Shown: piece after piece, positions 48,001 to 59,400 of the stretch
Numbering within the stretch: the stretch's first letter is position 1
Layout: every line of letters begins with the position of its first letter
Origin: Eledone cirrhosa
Taxonomy: Eukaryota
Assembly: GCA_964016885.1 (NCBI GenBank)
Contig: OZ024743.1
Span: forward strand, 130,758,001 to 130,822,000
Direction of reading: 5' to 3'
DNA length: 64,000 bases
Notes under the pieces: generated by a model
Databases searched by the model: none
What the model was told of the DNA's origin: nothing
What the model saw: the letters and a program-made list of their open reading frames with translations, nothing else
Translations under genes and position numbers: made by a program

Positions 48001-51000
48001 TTGGTGCTTGGTGTTTGGTGCTTGGTGCTTGGTGATTAGTGTTTGGTGATTGGTGCTTGGGGTTTGGTGTTTGGGGCTTGGTGTTTGGTGCTTGGTGCTT
48101 GCTGTTTGGTGCTTGGTGTTTGGTTCTTGGTGCTTGGTGTTTGGTGTTTGGTGTTTGGTGCTTGGTGCTTGGTGCTTGGTGTTTGGTGCTTGGTGCTTGG
48201 TGCTTGGTCTTTGGTGCTTGGGTTTTGGTGTTTGGTTCTTGGTGCTTGGTGTTTGGTGCTTGGTGCTTGGTGCTTGGTGCTTGGTGTTTGGTGCTTGCTG
48301 CTTGGTGCTTGGTGTTTGGTGATTGGTGCTTGGGGTTTGGTGTTTGGGGCTTGGTGTTTGGTGCTTGGTGCTTGTTGTTTGGTGCTTGGTGTTTGGTTCT
48401 TGGTGCTTGGTGTTTGGTGTTTGGTGTTTGGTGCTTGGTGCTTGGTGCTTGGTGTTTGGTGCTTGCTGCTTGGTGCTTGGTGTTTGGTGCTGTCTGCTTG
48501 GTGTTTGGTGTTTGGTGCTTGGTGCCTGGTTCTTGTTGTTTGGTGTTTGGTGCTTAGTGCTTGGTGTTTGGTGTTTGGTGCTTGGTGCTTGGTGGCTGGT
48601 GTTTGGTGCTTGGTGTTTGGAGTTTGGTGCTTGGTGCTTGGTGCCTGGTGTTTCGTGCTTGGTGCTTGGTGCTTGGTGTTTGGTGTTTGGTGCTTGGTGT
48701 TTGGTGTTTGGTACTTGGTGCTTGGTGCTTGGTGTTTGGTGCTTTGTGTTTGATGCTGCGTGCTTGGTGTTTGGTGTTTGGTGCTTGGTGCTTGGTGTTT
48801 GGTGTTTGGAGCTTGGTGCCTGGTGCTTGTTGTTTGGTGTTTGGCGCTTGGTGCTTGGTGTTTGGTGTTTGGTGCTTGGTGCTTGGTGCTTGGTATCTGG
48901 TGTTTGGTGCTTGATGTTTGGTGTTTGGTGCTTGGTGTTTGGTGTTTGGTGCTTGGTGCTTGGTGTTTGGTGCTTGGTGTTTGGTGTTTGGTGTTTGATG
49001 CTTGGTGTTTGCTGCTTGGTGCTTGGTGCTTGGTGTTTTGTGTTTGGTGCTTGGTGCTTGGTGCCTGGTGCTTGGTGCTTGGTGCTTGTTGTGTGGTGCT
49101 TGGTGCTTGGTGATTAGTGTCTGGTGCTTGGTGCTTGCGGTTTGGTGTTCGGTGCTTGGGGTTTGGTGCTTGGTGCTTGGTGTTTGGTGCTTGGTGCTTG
49201 GTGTTTGGTGCTTGGTGCTTGGTGTTTGGTGTTTGGCGTTTGCTGTTTGGTGTTTGGTGTTTGGTGTTTGCTGTTTGGTGTTTGCTGTTTGGTGCTTGGT
49301 GTTTGGTGTTTGGTGTTTGGTGTTTGGTGCTTGGTGCTTGGTGTTTGGTGCTTGGTGCTTGGTGCTGGGTGTTTGGTGCTTGGTGCTTGGTGTTTGGTGC
49401 TTGGTGCTTGGTGCTTGGTGTTTGGTCCTTGGTGCTTGGTGGTTGGTCTTTGGTGCTTGGGTTTTGGTGTTTGGTGCTTGGTGCTTGGTGTTTGGTGCTT
49501 GGTTCTTGGTGCTTGGTGCTTGGTGTTTGGTGATTCTGCTTGGTGCTTGGTGTTTGGTGCTTGGTGCTTGGTGATTAGTGTTTGGTGATTGGTGCTTGGG
49601 GTTTGCTGTTTGGTGTTTGGTGTTTGGTGCTTGGTGCTTGCTGTTTGGTGTTTGGTGTTTGGTTCTTGGTGCTTGGTGTTTGGTGTTTGGTGTTTGGTGC
49701 TTGGTGCTTGGTGCCTGGTGTTTCGTGCTTGGTGCTTGGTGCTTGGTGCTTGGTGCTTGGTGCTTGGTGTTTGGTGCTTGGTGTTTGATGCTGCGTGCTT
49801 GTTGATTGGTGCTTGGTGCTTGGTGCTTGGTGTTTGGTGTTTGGTGCTTGGTGCTTGGTGTTTGGTGCTTGGTGTTTGGTGTTTGGTGTTTGATGCTTGG
49901 TGTTTGCTGCTTGGTGCTTGGTGCTTGGTGTTTTGTGTTTGGTGCTTGGTGCTTGGTGCCTGGTGCTTGGTGCTTGGTGCTTGTTGTTTGGTGCTTGGTG
50001 CTTGGTGATTAGTGTTTGGTGCTTGGTGCTTGCGGTTTGATGTTTGGTGCTTGGGGTTTGGTGTTTGTTGCTTGGTGCTTGGTGTTTGGTGCTTGGTGCT
50101 TGGTGCTTGGTGTTTGGTCCTTGGTGCTTGGTGTTCGGTGTTGTGTGCTTGGTGCTTGGTGCTTGGTGTTTGGTGCTTGGTGCTTGGTGCTTGGTGTTTG
50201 GCGTTTGCTGTTTGCTGTTTGGTGTTTGGTGTTTGCTGTTTGGTGTTTGCTGTTTGGTGTTTGGTGTTTGGTGCTTGCTGTTGGGTGCTTGGTGCTTGGT
50301 GTTTGGTGTTTGGTGCTTGGTGTTTGGTGCTTGGTGCTTGGTGCTGGGTGTTTGGTGCTTGGTGCTTGGTGTTTGGTGCTTGGTGCTTGGTGCTTGGTGT
50401 TTGGTCCTTGGTGCTTGGTGCTTGGTCTTTGGTGCTTGGGTTTTGGTGTTTGGTGCTTGGTGCTTGGTGTTTGGTGCTTGGTGCTTGGTGCTTGGTGCTT
50501 GGTGTTTGGTGCTTGCTGCTTGGTGCTTGGTGTTTGGTGCTTGGTGCTTGGTGATTAGTGTTTGGTGATTGGTGCTTGGGGTTTGGTGTTTGGGGCTTGG
50601 TGTTTGGTGCTTGGTGCTTGCTGTTTGGTGCTTGGTGTTTGGTTCTTGGTGCTTGGTGTTTGGTGTTTGGTGTTTGGTGCTTGGTGCTTGGTGCTTGGTG
50701 TTTGGTGCTTGCTGCTTGGTGCTTGGTGTTTGGTGCTGCGTGCTTGGTGTTTGGTGTTTGGTGCTTGGTGCCTGGTTCTTGTTGTTTGGTGTTTGGTGCT
50801 TAGTGCTTGGTGTTTGGTGTTTGGTGCTTGGTGCTTGGTGGCTGGTGTTTGGTGCTTGGTGTTTGGAGTTTGGTGCTTGGTGCTTGGTGCCTGGTGTTTC
50901 GTGCTTGGTGCTTGGTGCTTGGTGTTTGGTGTTTGGTGCTTGGTGTTTGGTGTTTGGTACTTGGTGCTTGGTGCTTGGTGTTTGGTGCTTTGTGTTTGAT

Positions 51001-52400
51001 GCTGCGTGCTTGGTGTTTGGTGTTTGGTGCTTGGTGCTTGGTGTTTGGTGTTTGGAGCTTGGTGCCTGGTGCTTGTTGTTTGGTGTTTGGCGCTTGGTGC
51101 TTGGTGTTTGGTGTTTGGTGCTTGGTGCTTGGTGCTTGGTATCTGGTGTTTGGTGCTTGATGTTTGGTGTTTGGTGCTTGGTGTTTGGTGTTTGGTGCTT
51201 GGTGCTTGGTGTTTGGTGCTTGGTGTTTGGTGTTTGGTGTTTGATGCTTGGTGTTTGCTGCTTGGTGCTTGGTGCTTGGTGTTTTGTGTTTGGTGCTTGG
51301 TGCTTGGTGCCTGGTGCTTGGTGCTTGGTGCTTGTTGTTTGGTGCTTGGTGATTAGTGTCTGGTGCTTGGTGCTTGCGGTTTGGTGTTCGGTGCTTGGGG
51401 TTTGGTGCTTGGTGCTTGGTGTTTGGTGCTTGGTGCTTGGTGTTTGGTGCTTGGTGCTTGGTGTTTGGTGTTTGGCATTTGCTGTTTGCTGTTTGGTGTT
51501 TGGTGTTTGCTGTTTGGTGTTTGCTGTTTGGTGTTTGGTGTTTCGTGCTTGCTGTTTGGTGCTTGGTGTTTGGTGTTTGGTGTTTGGTGTTTGGTGCTTG
51601 GTGCTTGGTGTTTGGTGCTTGGTGCTTGGTGCTGGGTGTTTGGTGCTTGGTGCTTTGTGTTTGGTGCTTGGTGCTTGGTGCTTGGTGTTTGGTCCTTGGT
51701 GCTTGGTGGTTGGTCTTTGGTGCTTGGGTTTTGGTGTTTGGTGCTTGGTGCTTGGTGTTTGGTGCTTGGTTCTTGGTGCTTGGTGCTTGGTGTTTGGTGA
51801 TTCTGCTTGGTGCTTGGTGTTTGGTGCTTGGTGCTTGGTGATTAGTGTTTGGTGATTGGTGCTTGGGGTTTGCTGTTTGGTGTTTGGTGTTTGGTGCTTG
51901 GTGCTTGCTGTTTGGTGTTTGGTGTTTGGTTCTTGGTGCTTGGTGTTTGGTGTTTGGTGTTTGGTGCTTGGTGCTTGGTGCTTGGTGTTTGGTGTTTGGT
52001 GCTTGGTGCTTGGTGTTTGGTGCTTGGTGCTTGGTGGCTGGTGCTTGGTGCTTGGTGTTTGTAGTTTGGTGCTTGGTGCTTGGTGCCTGGTGTTTCGTGC
52101 TTGGTGCTTGGTGCTTGGTGCTTGGTGCTTGGTGCTTGGTGTTTGGTGCTTGGTGTTTGATGCTGCGTGCTTGTTGTTTGGTGCTTGGTGCTTCGTGCTT
52201 GGTGTTTGGTGTTTGGTGCTTGGTGTTTGGTGTTTGGTGCTTGGTGTTTGGTGTTTGGTGTTTGATGCTTGGTGTTTGCTGCTTGGTGCTTGGTGCTTGG
52301 TGTTTTGTGTTTGGTGCTTGGTGCTTGGTGCCTGGTGCTTGGTGCTTGGTGCTTGTTGTTTGGTGCTTGGTGCTTGGTGATTAGTGTTTGGTGCTTGGTG
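45050..52400 (+). repeat. Higher-order domain of alternating A-D sub-units, three units of about 2.25-2.65 kb, marked by the 6-bp variant TTCTGC
   Basis: TTCTGC at 46910, 49534 and 51801 (offsets 2624, 2267). Landmarks alternate A (46455, 47483, 49107, 50002, 51346, 52374) and D (46944, 48029, 49568, 50548, 51835). No B or C headers seen. Confidence 0.87.
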
Positions 52401-55400
52401 CTTGCGGTTTGATGTTTGGTGCTTGGGGTTTGGTGTTTGTTGCTTGGTGCTTGGTGTTTGGTGCTTGGTGCTTGGTGCTTGGTGTTTGGTGCTTGGTGCT
52501 TGGTGTTTGGTGCTTGGTGCTTGGTGTTTGGTGCTTGGTGTTTGGTGCTTGGTGCTTGGTGCTTGGTGCTTGGTGCTTGGTGTTAGGTGATTGGTGCTTG
52601 GTGCTTGGTGTTTGATGTTTGGTCCTTGGTGCTTGGTGTTTGGTTTTTGGTGCTTGGTGCTTGGTGTTTGGTGTTTGGTGCTTGCTGCTTGCTGCTTGGT
52701 GTTTGGTGCTTGGTGTTTGGGGCTTGGTGTTCGGTGCTTGGCGCTTGGTGCTTGGGGCTTGGTGTTTGGTGTTTGGTGCTTGGTGCTTGGTGTTTGATGT
52801 TGGGTCCTTGGTGCTTGGTGTTTGGTGTTTGGTGCTTGGTGTTTGGTGTTTGGTGCTTGGTGCTTGGTGTTTGGTGTTTGGTGCTTGGTGCTTGGGGCTT
52901 GGTGTTTGGTGCTTGGTGCTTGGTGTTTGGTGCTTGGTGCTTGGGGCTTGGTATTTGGTGCTTGGTGCTTGGTGCCTGGTGTTTGGTGTTTGGTGTTTGG
53001 GGCTTGGTGTTTGGTGCTTGGTGCTTGGTGCTGGGTGGTTGGTGTTTGGTGCTTGGTGCTTGGTGTTTGGTGCTTGGTGCTTGGTGCTTGTTGTTTGGTG
53101 CTTGGTGCTTGGTGCTTGGTCTTTGGTGCATGGTGTTTGGTGTTTGGTGCTTGGTGCTTGGTGCTTGGTGCTTGGTGTTTGGTGCTTGGTGTTTGGTGCT
53201 TGGTGTTTGGTGCTTGGTGCTTGGTGATTAGTGTTTGGTGCTTGGTGCTTGCGGTTTGGTGTTCGGTGCTTGGGGTTTGGTGCTTGGTGCTTGGTGTTTG
53301 CTGCTTGGTGCTTGGTGTTTGGTGCTTGGTGCTTGGTGTTTGGTGTTTGGTGCTTGGTGTTTGGTGTTTGGTGCTTGGTGCTTGGTGCTTGGGGTTTGGT
53401 GTTTGGTGCTTGGTGCTTGGTGTTTGGTGTTTGGTGCTGGGTATTTGGTGTTTGGTGTTTGATGCTTGGTGTGTGGTGCTTGGTGCTTGGTGCTTTGTGT
53501 TTGGTGCTTGGTGCTTGGTGCTGGGTATTTGGTGTTTGGTGTTTGATGCTTGGTGTGTGGTGCTTGGTGCTTGGTGCTTTGTGTTTGGTGCTTGGTGCTT
53601 GGTGCCTGGTGCTTGGTGCTTGGTGCTTGTTGTTTGGTGCTTGGTGCTTGGTGATTAGTGTTTGGTGCTTGGTGCTTGCGGTTTGATGTTTGGTGCTTGG
53701 GGTTTGGTGTTTGTTGCTTGGTGCTTGGTGTTTGGTGCTTGGTGCTTGGTGCTTGGTGTTTGGTGCTTGGTGCTTGGTGTTTGGTGCTTGGTGCTTGGTG
53801 TTTGGTGCTTGGTGTTTGGTGCTTGGTGCTTGGTGCTTGGTGCTTGGTGTTAGGTGTTTGGTGCTTGGTGCTTGGTTTTTGATGTTTGGTCCTTGGTGCT
53901 TGGTGTTTGGTTTTTGGTGCTTTGTGCTTGGTGTTTGGTGTTTGCTGCTTGCTGCTTGCTGCTTGGTGTTTGGTGCTATGTGCTTGGTGCTTGGTGTTTG
54001 GTGCTTGACTCTTGGTGTTTGGTGTTTGGTGCTTGGTGTTTGGGGCTTGGTGTTCGGTGCTTGGTGCTTGGTGCTTGGGGCTTGGTGTTTGGTGTTTGGT
54101 GCTTGGTGCTTGGTGTTTGATGTTGGGTCCTTGGTGCTTGGTGTTTGGTGTTTGGTGCTTGGTGTTTGGTGTTTGGTGCTTGGTGCTTGGTGTTTGGTGT
54201 TTGGTGCTTGGTGCTTGGGACTTGGTGTTTGGTGCTTGGTGCTTGGTGTTTGGTGCTTGGTGCTTGGGGCTTGGTATTTGTTGCTTGGTGCTTGGTGCCT
54301 GGTGTTTGGTGTTTGGTGTTTGGGGCTTGGTGTTTGGTGCTTGGTGCTTGGTGATGGGTGGTTGGTGTTTGGTGCTTGGTGCTTGGTGTTTGGTGCTTGG
54401 TGCTTGGTGCTTGTTGTTTGGTGCTTGGTGCTTGGTGCTTGGTCTTTGGTGCATGGTGTTTGGTGTTTGGTGCTTGGTGCTTGGTGCTTGTTGTTTGGTG
54501 CTTGGTGCTTGGTGATTAGTGTCTGGTGCTTGGTGCTTGCGATTTGGTGTTCGGTGCTTGGGGTTTGGTGCTTGGTGCTTGGTGTTTGGTGTTTGGTGCT
54601 TGGTGTTTGGTGCTTGGTGCTTGGTGTTTGGTGTTTGGCGTTTGCTGTTTGCTGTTTGGTGTTTGATGTTTGCTGTTTGGTGTTTGCTGTTTGGTGTTTG
54701 GTGTTTGGTGCTTGCTGTTTGGTGCTTGGTGCTTGGTGTTTGGTGTTTGGTGTTTGGTGCTTGGTGCTTGGTGTTTGGTGCTTGGTGCTTGGTGCTGGGT
54801 GTTTGGTGCTTGGTGCTTGGTGTTTGGTGCTTGGTGCTTGGTGATTAGTGTTTGGTGATTGGTGCTTGGGGTTTGCTGTTTGGTGCTTGGTGTTTGGTGC
54901 TTGGTGCTTGCTGTTTGGTGTTTGGTGTTTGGTGCTTGGTGCTTGGTGCTTGGTGTTTGGTGCTTGGTGCTTGGTGCTTGGTGTTTGGTGCTTGGTGCTT
55001 GGTGGCTGGTGCTTGGTGCTTGGTGTTTGTAGTTTGGTGCTTGGTGCTTGGTGCCTGGTGTTTCGTGCTTGGTGCTTGGTGCTTGGTGCTTGGTGCTTGG
55101 TGCTTGGTGTTTGGTGCTTGGTGTTTGATGCTGCGTGCTTGTTGTTTGGTGCTTGGTGCTTCGTGCTTGGTGTTTGGTGTTTGGTGCTTGGTGCTTGGTG
55201 TTTGGTGCTTGGTGTTTGGTGTTTGGTGTTTGATGCTTGGTGTTTGCTGCTTGGTGCTTGGTGCTTGGTGTTTTGTGTTTGGTGCTTGGTGCTTGGTGCC
55301 TGGTGCTTGGTGCTTGGTGCTTGTTGTTTGGTGCTTGGTGCTTGGTGATTAGTGTTTGGTGCTTGGTGCTTGCGGTTTGATGTTTGGTGCTTGGGGTTTG

Positions 55401-56390
55401 GTGTTTGTTGCTTGGTGCTTGGTGTTTGGTGCTTGGTGCTTCGTGCTTGGTGTTTGGTGCTTGGTGCTTGGTGTTTGGTGCTTGGTGCTTGGTGTTTGGT
55501 GCTTGGTGTTTGGTGCTTGGTGCTTGGTGCTTGGTGTTGGTGCTTGGTGTTAGGTGTTTGGTGCTTGGTGCTTTGTGTTTGATGTTTGGTCCTTGGTGCT
55601 TGGTGTTTGGTTTTTGGTGCTTGGTGCTTGCTGTTTGGTGTTTGGTGCTTGCTGCTTGCTGCTTGGTGTTTGGTGCTTGGTGTTTGGGGCTTGGTGTTCG
55701 GTGCTTGGCGCTTGGTGCTTGGGGCTTGGTGTTTGGTGTTTGGTGCTTGGTGCTTGGTGTTTGATGTTGGGTCCTTGGTGCTTGGTGTTTGGTGTTTGGT
55801 TCTTGGTGTTTGGTGTTTGGTGCTTGGTGCTTGGTGTTTGGTGTTTGGTGCTTGGTGCTTGGGGCTTGGTGTTTGGTGCTTGGTGCTTGGTGTTTGGTGC
55901 TTGGTGCTTGGGGCTTGGTATTTGGTGCTTGGTGCTTGGTGCCTGGTGTTTGGTGTTTGGTGTTTGGGGCTTGGTGTTTGGTGCTTGGTGCTTGGTGCTG
56001 GGTGGTTGGTGTTTGGTGCTTGGTGCTTGGTGTTTGGTGCTTGGTGCTTGGTGCTTGTTGTTTGGTGCTTGGTGCTTGGTGCTTGGTCTTTGGTGCATGG
56101 TGTTTGGTGTTTGGTGATTGGTGCTTGGTGCTTGGTGCTTGGTGTTTGGTGCTTGGTGTTTGGTGCTTGGTGTTTGGTGCTTGGTGCTTGGTGATTAGTG
56201 TTTGGTGCTTGGTGCTTGCGGTTTGGTGTTCGGTGCTTGGGGTTTGGTGCTTGGTGCTTGGTATTTGGTGCTTGGTGCTTGGTGTTTGGTGTTTGGTGCT
56301 TGGTGTTTGGTGTTTGGTGCTTGGTGCTTGGTGCTTGGGGTTTGGTGTTTGGTGCTTGGTGCTTGGTGTTTGGTGTTTGGTGCTGGGTGC
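51835..56390 (+). repeat. Approximately 2.97-3.0 kb spaced duplication (about 51835-53440 and 54838-56390)
   Basis: Landmark offsets 51835 to 54838 (3003), 52374 to 55342 (2968) and 53221 to 56188 (2967, after the 6-bp unit at 55531). Confidence 0.8.
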
Positions 56391-56499
56391 ATGGAGTTTG
56401 GTGCTTGGTGCTTAGTGCTTGGTGTTTGGTGTTTGCTGCTTGGTGTCTGGTGTTTGGTGCTTGGTGTTTGGTGTTTGGTGCTTGGTGCTTGGTGCTTGG

Positions 56500-59400
56500 T
56501 GTTTGGTGTTTGGTGCTTGGTCGTTTGCTGTTTGGTGTTTGCTGTTTGGTGTTTGGTGTTTGGTGCTTGCTGTTTGGTGCTTGGTGCTTGGTGTTTTGTG
56601 TTTGGTGCTCGGGGCTTGATGTTTGGTGTTTGGTGCTTGGTGTTTGGTGCTTGGTGCTTGGTGCTGGGTGTTTGGTGCTTGGTGTTTGGTGTTTGGTGCT
56701 TGGTGCTTGGTGATTGGTGTTTTGTGTTTGTTGTTTGCTGTTTGGTGTTTGGTGTTTGCTCTTTGCTGTTTGGTGTCTGCTTTTTCGTGTTTGGTGTTTG
56801 CTGTATGGTGTTTGCTGTTTCATGTTTGGTGTTTGGTGCTTGGTGCTTGGTGCTTGGTGTTTGGTGTTTGGTGCTTGGTGTTTGGTGCTTAGTGCTTGGT
56901 GTTTGGTGTTTGGTGCTTGGTGCCTGGTGCTTGTTGTTTGGTGCTTCGTGCTTGGTGCTTGGTGTTTTGTGTTTGTTGTTTGCTGTTTGATGTTTGGTGT
57001 TTGCTCTTTGCTGTTTGGTGTCTGCTTTTTCGTGTTTGCTGTTTGCTGTTTGGTGTTTCCTATTTGCTGTTTGGTGTTTGGTGCTTGGTGCTTGGTGCTT
57101 GGTGTTTGGTGTTTGGTGCTTGGTGTTTGGTGCTTAGTGCTTGGTATTTGGTGTTTGGTGCTTGGTGCCTGGTGCTTGTTGTTTGGTGTTTGGTGCTTGG
57201 TGCTTGATGTTTGGTGTTTGGTGCTTGGTGTCTGGTGTTTGGTGCTTGGTGTTTGGTGTTTGGTGCTTGGTGCTTGGTGTTTGGTGTTTGGTGCTTGGTG
57301 CTTGGTGTTTGGTGTTTTGTGCTTGGTGTTTGGTGCTTGGTGCTTGGTGTTTGGTGTTTGGTGCTTGGTGCTTGGTGTTTGGTGCTTGGTGCTTGGTGTT
57401 TGTACTTGGTGCTTGGTGCTTGGTGTTTGGTGCTTGGTGCTTGGTGTTTGGTGCTTGGTTCTTGGTGTTTGGTGCTTGGTGCTTGGTGTTTGGTGCTTGG
57501 TGCTTGGTGTTTGGTGTTTGGTGCTTGGTGTTTGGTGCTTGGTGCTTGGTGCTTGGTGGTTGGTGTTAGGTGTTTGGTGCTTGGTGCTTGGTGTTTTGTG
57601 CTTGGTGCTTGGTGTTTGGTGCTTGGTGTTTGGTGCTTGGTGTTTGGTGTTTGGTGTTTGGTGCTTGGTGCTTGGTGTTTGGTGCTTGGTGCTTGGTGCT
57701 TGTTGTTTGGTGATTGGTGCTTGGTGCTTGGTGTTTGGTGTTTGGTGCTTGGGGCTTGGTGTTTGGTGCTGCATGCTTGGTGCTTGGTGCTTGGTGCTTG
57801 GTGTTTTGTGTATGGTGTTTGATGCTTGGTGTTTGGTGTTTGGTGTTTGGTGCTTGGGGCTTGGTGTTTGGTGCTGCATGCTTGGTGCTTGGTGCTTGGT
57901 GCTTGGTGTTTTGTGTTTGATGCTTGGTGTTTGGTGTTTGGTGCTTGGTGCTTGGTGTTTGGTGCTTGGTGCTTGGTGTTTGTACTTGGTGCTTGGTGCT
58001 TGGTGTTTGGTGCTTGGTGTTTGTTGCTTGGTGCTTGGTGTTTGGTGCTTGGTGCTTGGTGTTTGGTGCTTGGTGCTTGGTGTTTGGTGCTTGGTGTTTG
58101 GTGCTTGGTGCTTGGTGCTTGTTGTTAGGTGTTTGGTGCTTCATGCTTGGTGCTTGGTGTTTTGTGCTTTGTTCTTGGTGTTTGGTGCTTGGTGCCTGGT
58201 GCATGGTGTTTGTTGCTTGGTGCTTGGTGTTTGGTGTTTGGTGCTTGGTGTTTGGTGCTTGGTGCTTGATGCTTGGTGTTAGGTGTTAGGTGTTTGGTGC
58301 TTGGTGCTTGGTGCTTGGTGCTTGGTGCTTGGTGTTTGGTGCTTGCTGCTTGCTTCTTGCTGCTTGGTGTTTGGTGCTTGGTGATTGGTGCTTGGTGTTT
58401 GGTGCTTGGTGCTTGGTGCTTGGTGTTTGGTGGTTGGTGCTTGGTGCTTGGTGTTTGGTGCTAAGTGCTTGGTGCTTGGTGTTTAGGGCTTGGTGTTTGG
58501 TGCTTGGTGCTTCGTGCTTGGTGTTTGGTGCTTGGTGCTTGGTGTTTGGTGTTTGGTGCTTGGTGTTTGGTGCTTGGTGCTTGGTGCTGGGTGGTAGGCG
58601 TTCGGTGCTTGGTGCTTGGTGTTTGGTGCTTGGTGCTTGGTGCTTGGTGTTTGGTGCTTGGTGCTTGGTGCTTGGTCTTTGGTGCTTGGTGTTTGGTGTT
58701 TGGTGCTTGTTGCTTGGTGTTTGGTGCTTGGTGCTTGGTGATTAGTGTTTGGTGCTTGGTGCTTGGGGTTTGGTGTTGGTTCTTGGTGCTTGGTGTTTGG
58801 TGCTTGGTGCTTGGTGTTTGGTGCTTGGTGTTTGGTGTTTGCTGTTTGGTGTTTGGTGTTTGGTATTTGGTGTTTGCTTCTTGCTGTTTGGTGTCTGCTT
58901 TTTGGTGTTTGGTCTTTGCTCTATGGTGTTTGCTGTTTGGTGTTTGGTGTTTGGTTTTTGGTGTTTCCTATTTGGTCTTTAGTCTTTCGTGCTTGGTGTT
59001 TGGTGCTTGGTGCTTGGTATTTGGTGTTTGGTGCTTGGTGCTTGGTGTTTGGTGCTTGGTGCTTGGTGCTTGTTGTTTGGTGTTTGGTGTTTGGTGTTTG
59101 GTGCTTGGTGCTTGGTGTTTGGTGCTTGGTGCTTGGTGTTTCGTGCTGCGTGCTTGGTGTTTGGTGCTTGGTGCTTGGTGCTTGGTGTTTGGTGTTTGGT
59201 GTTTGATGCTTGGTGCTTGGTGCTTGGTGTTTGGTGTTTGGTGCTTGGTGCTTGGTGCTTGGTGCTTGGTGTTTGGTGCTTAGTGCTTGGTGTTTGGTGC
59301 ATGGTGCTTGGTGTTTGGTGTTTGCTGTTTGCTGTTTGGTGTTTGCTGTTTGCTGTTTGGTGTTTGCTGTTTGGTGTTTGGTGTTTGGTGCTTGCTGTTT

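Noticed and set aside
52381-57879. 1832-aa minus-strand ORF, and similar long ORFs (7340-9916, 27974-30430, 37859-39982, 60784-63153), as mucin-like or repeat-protein CDS
   Set aside because: The minus strand has almost no T, so stops are rare by composition. All frames give the same peptide, length changes are multiples of 7 rather than 3, and there is no unique N- or C-terminus, signal peptide or flanking gene context.
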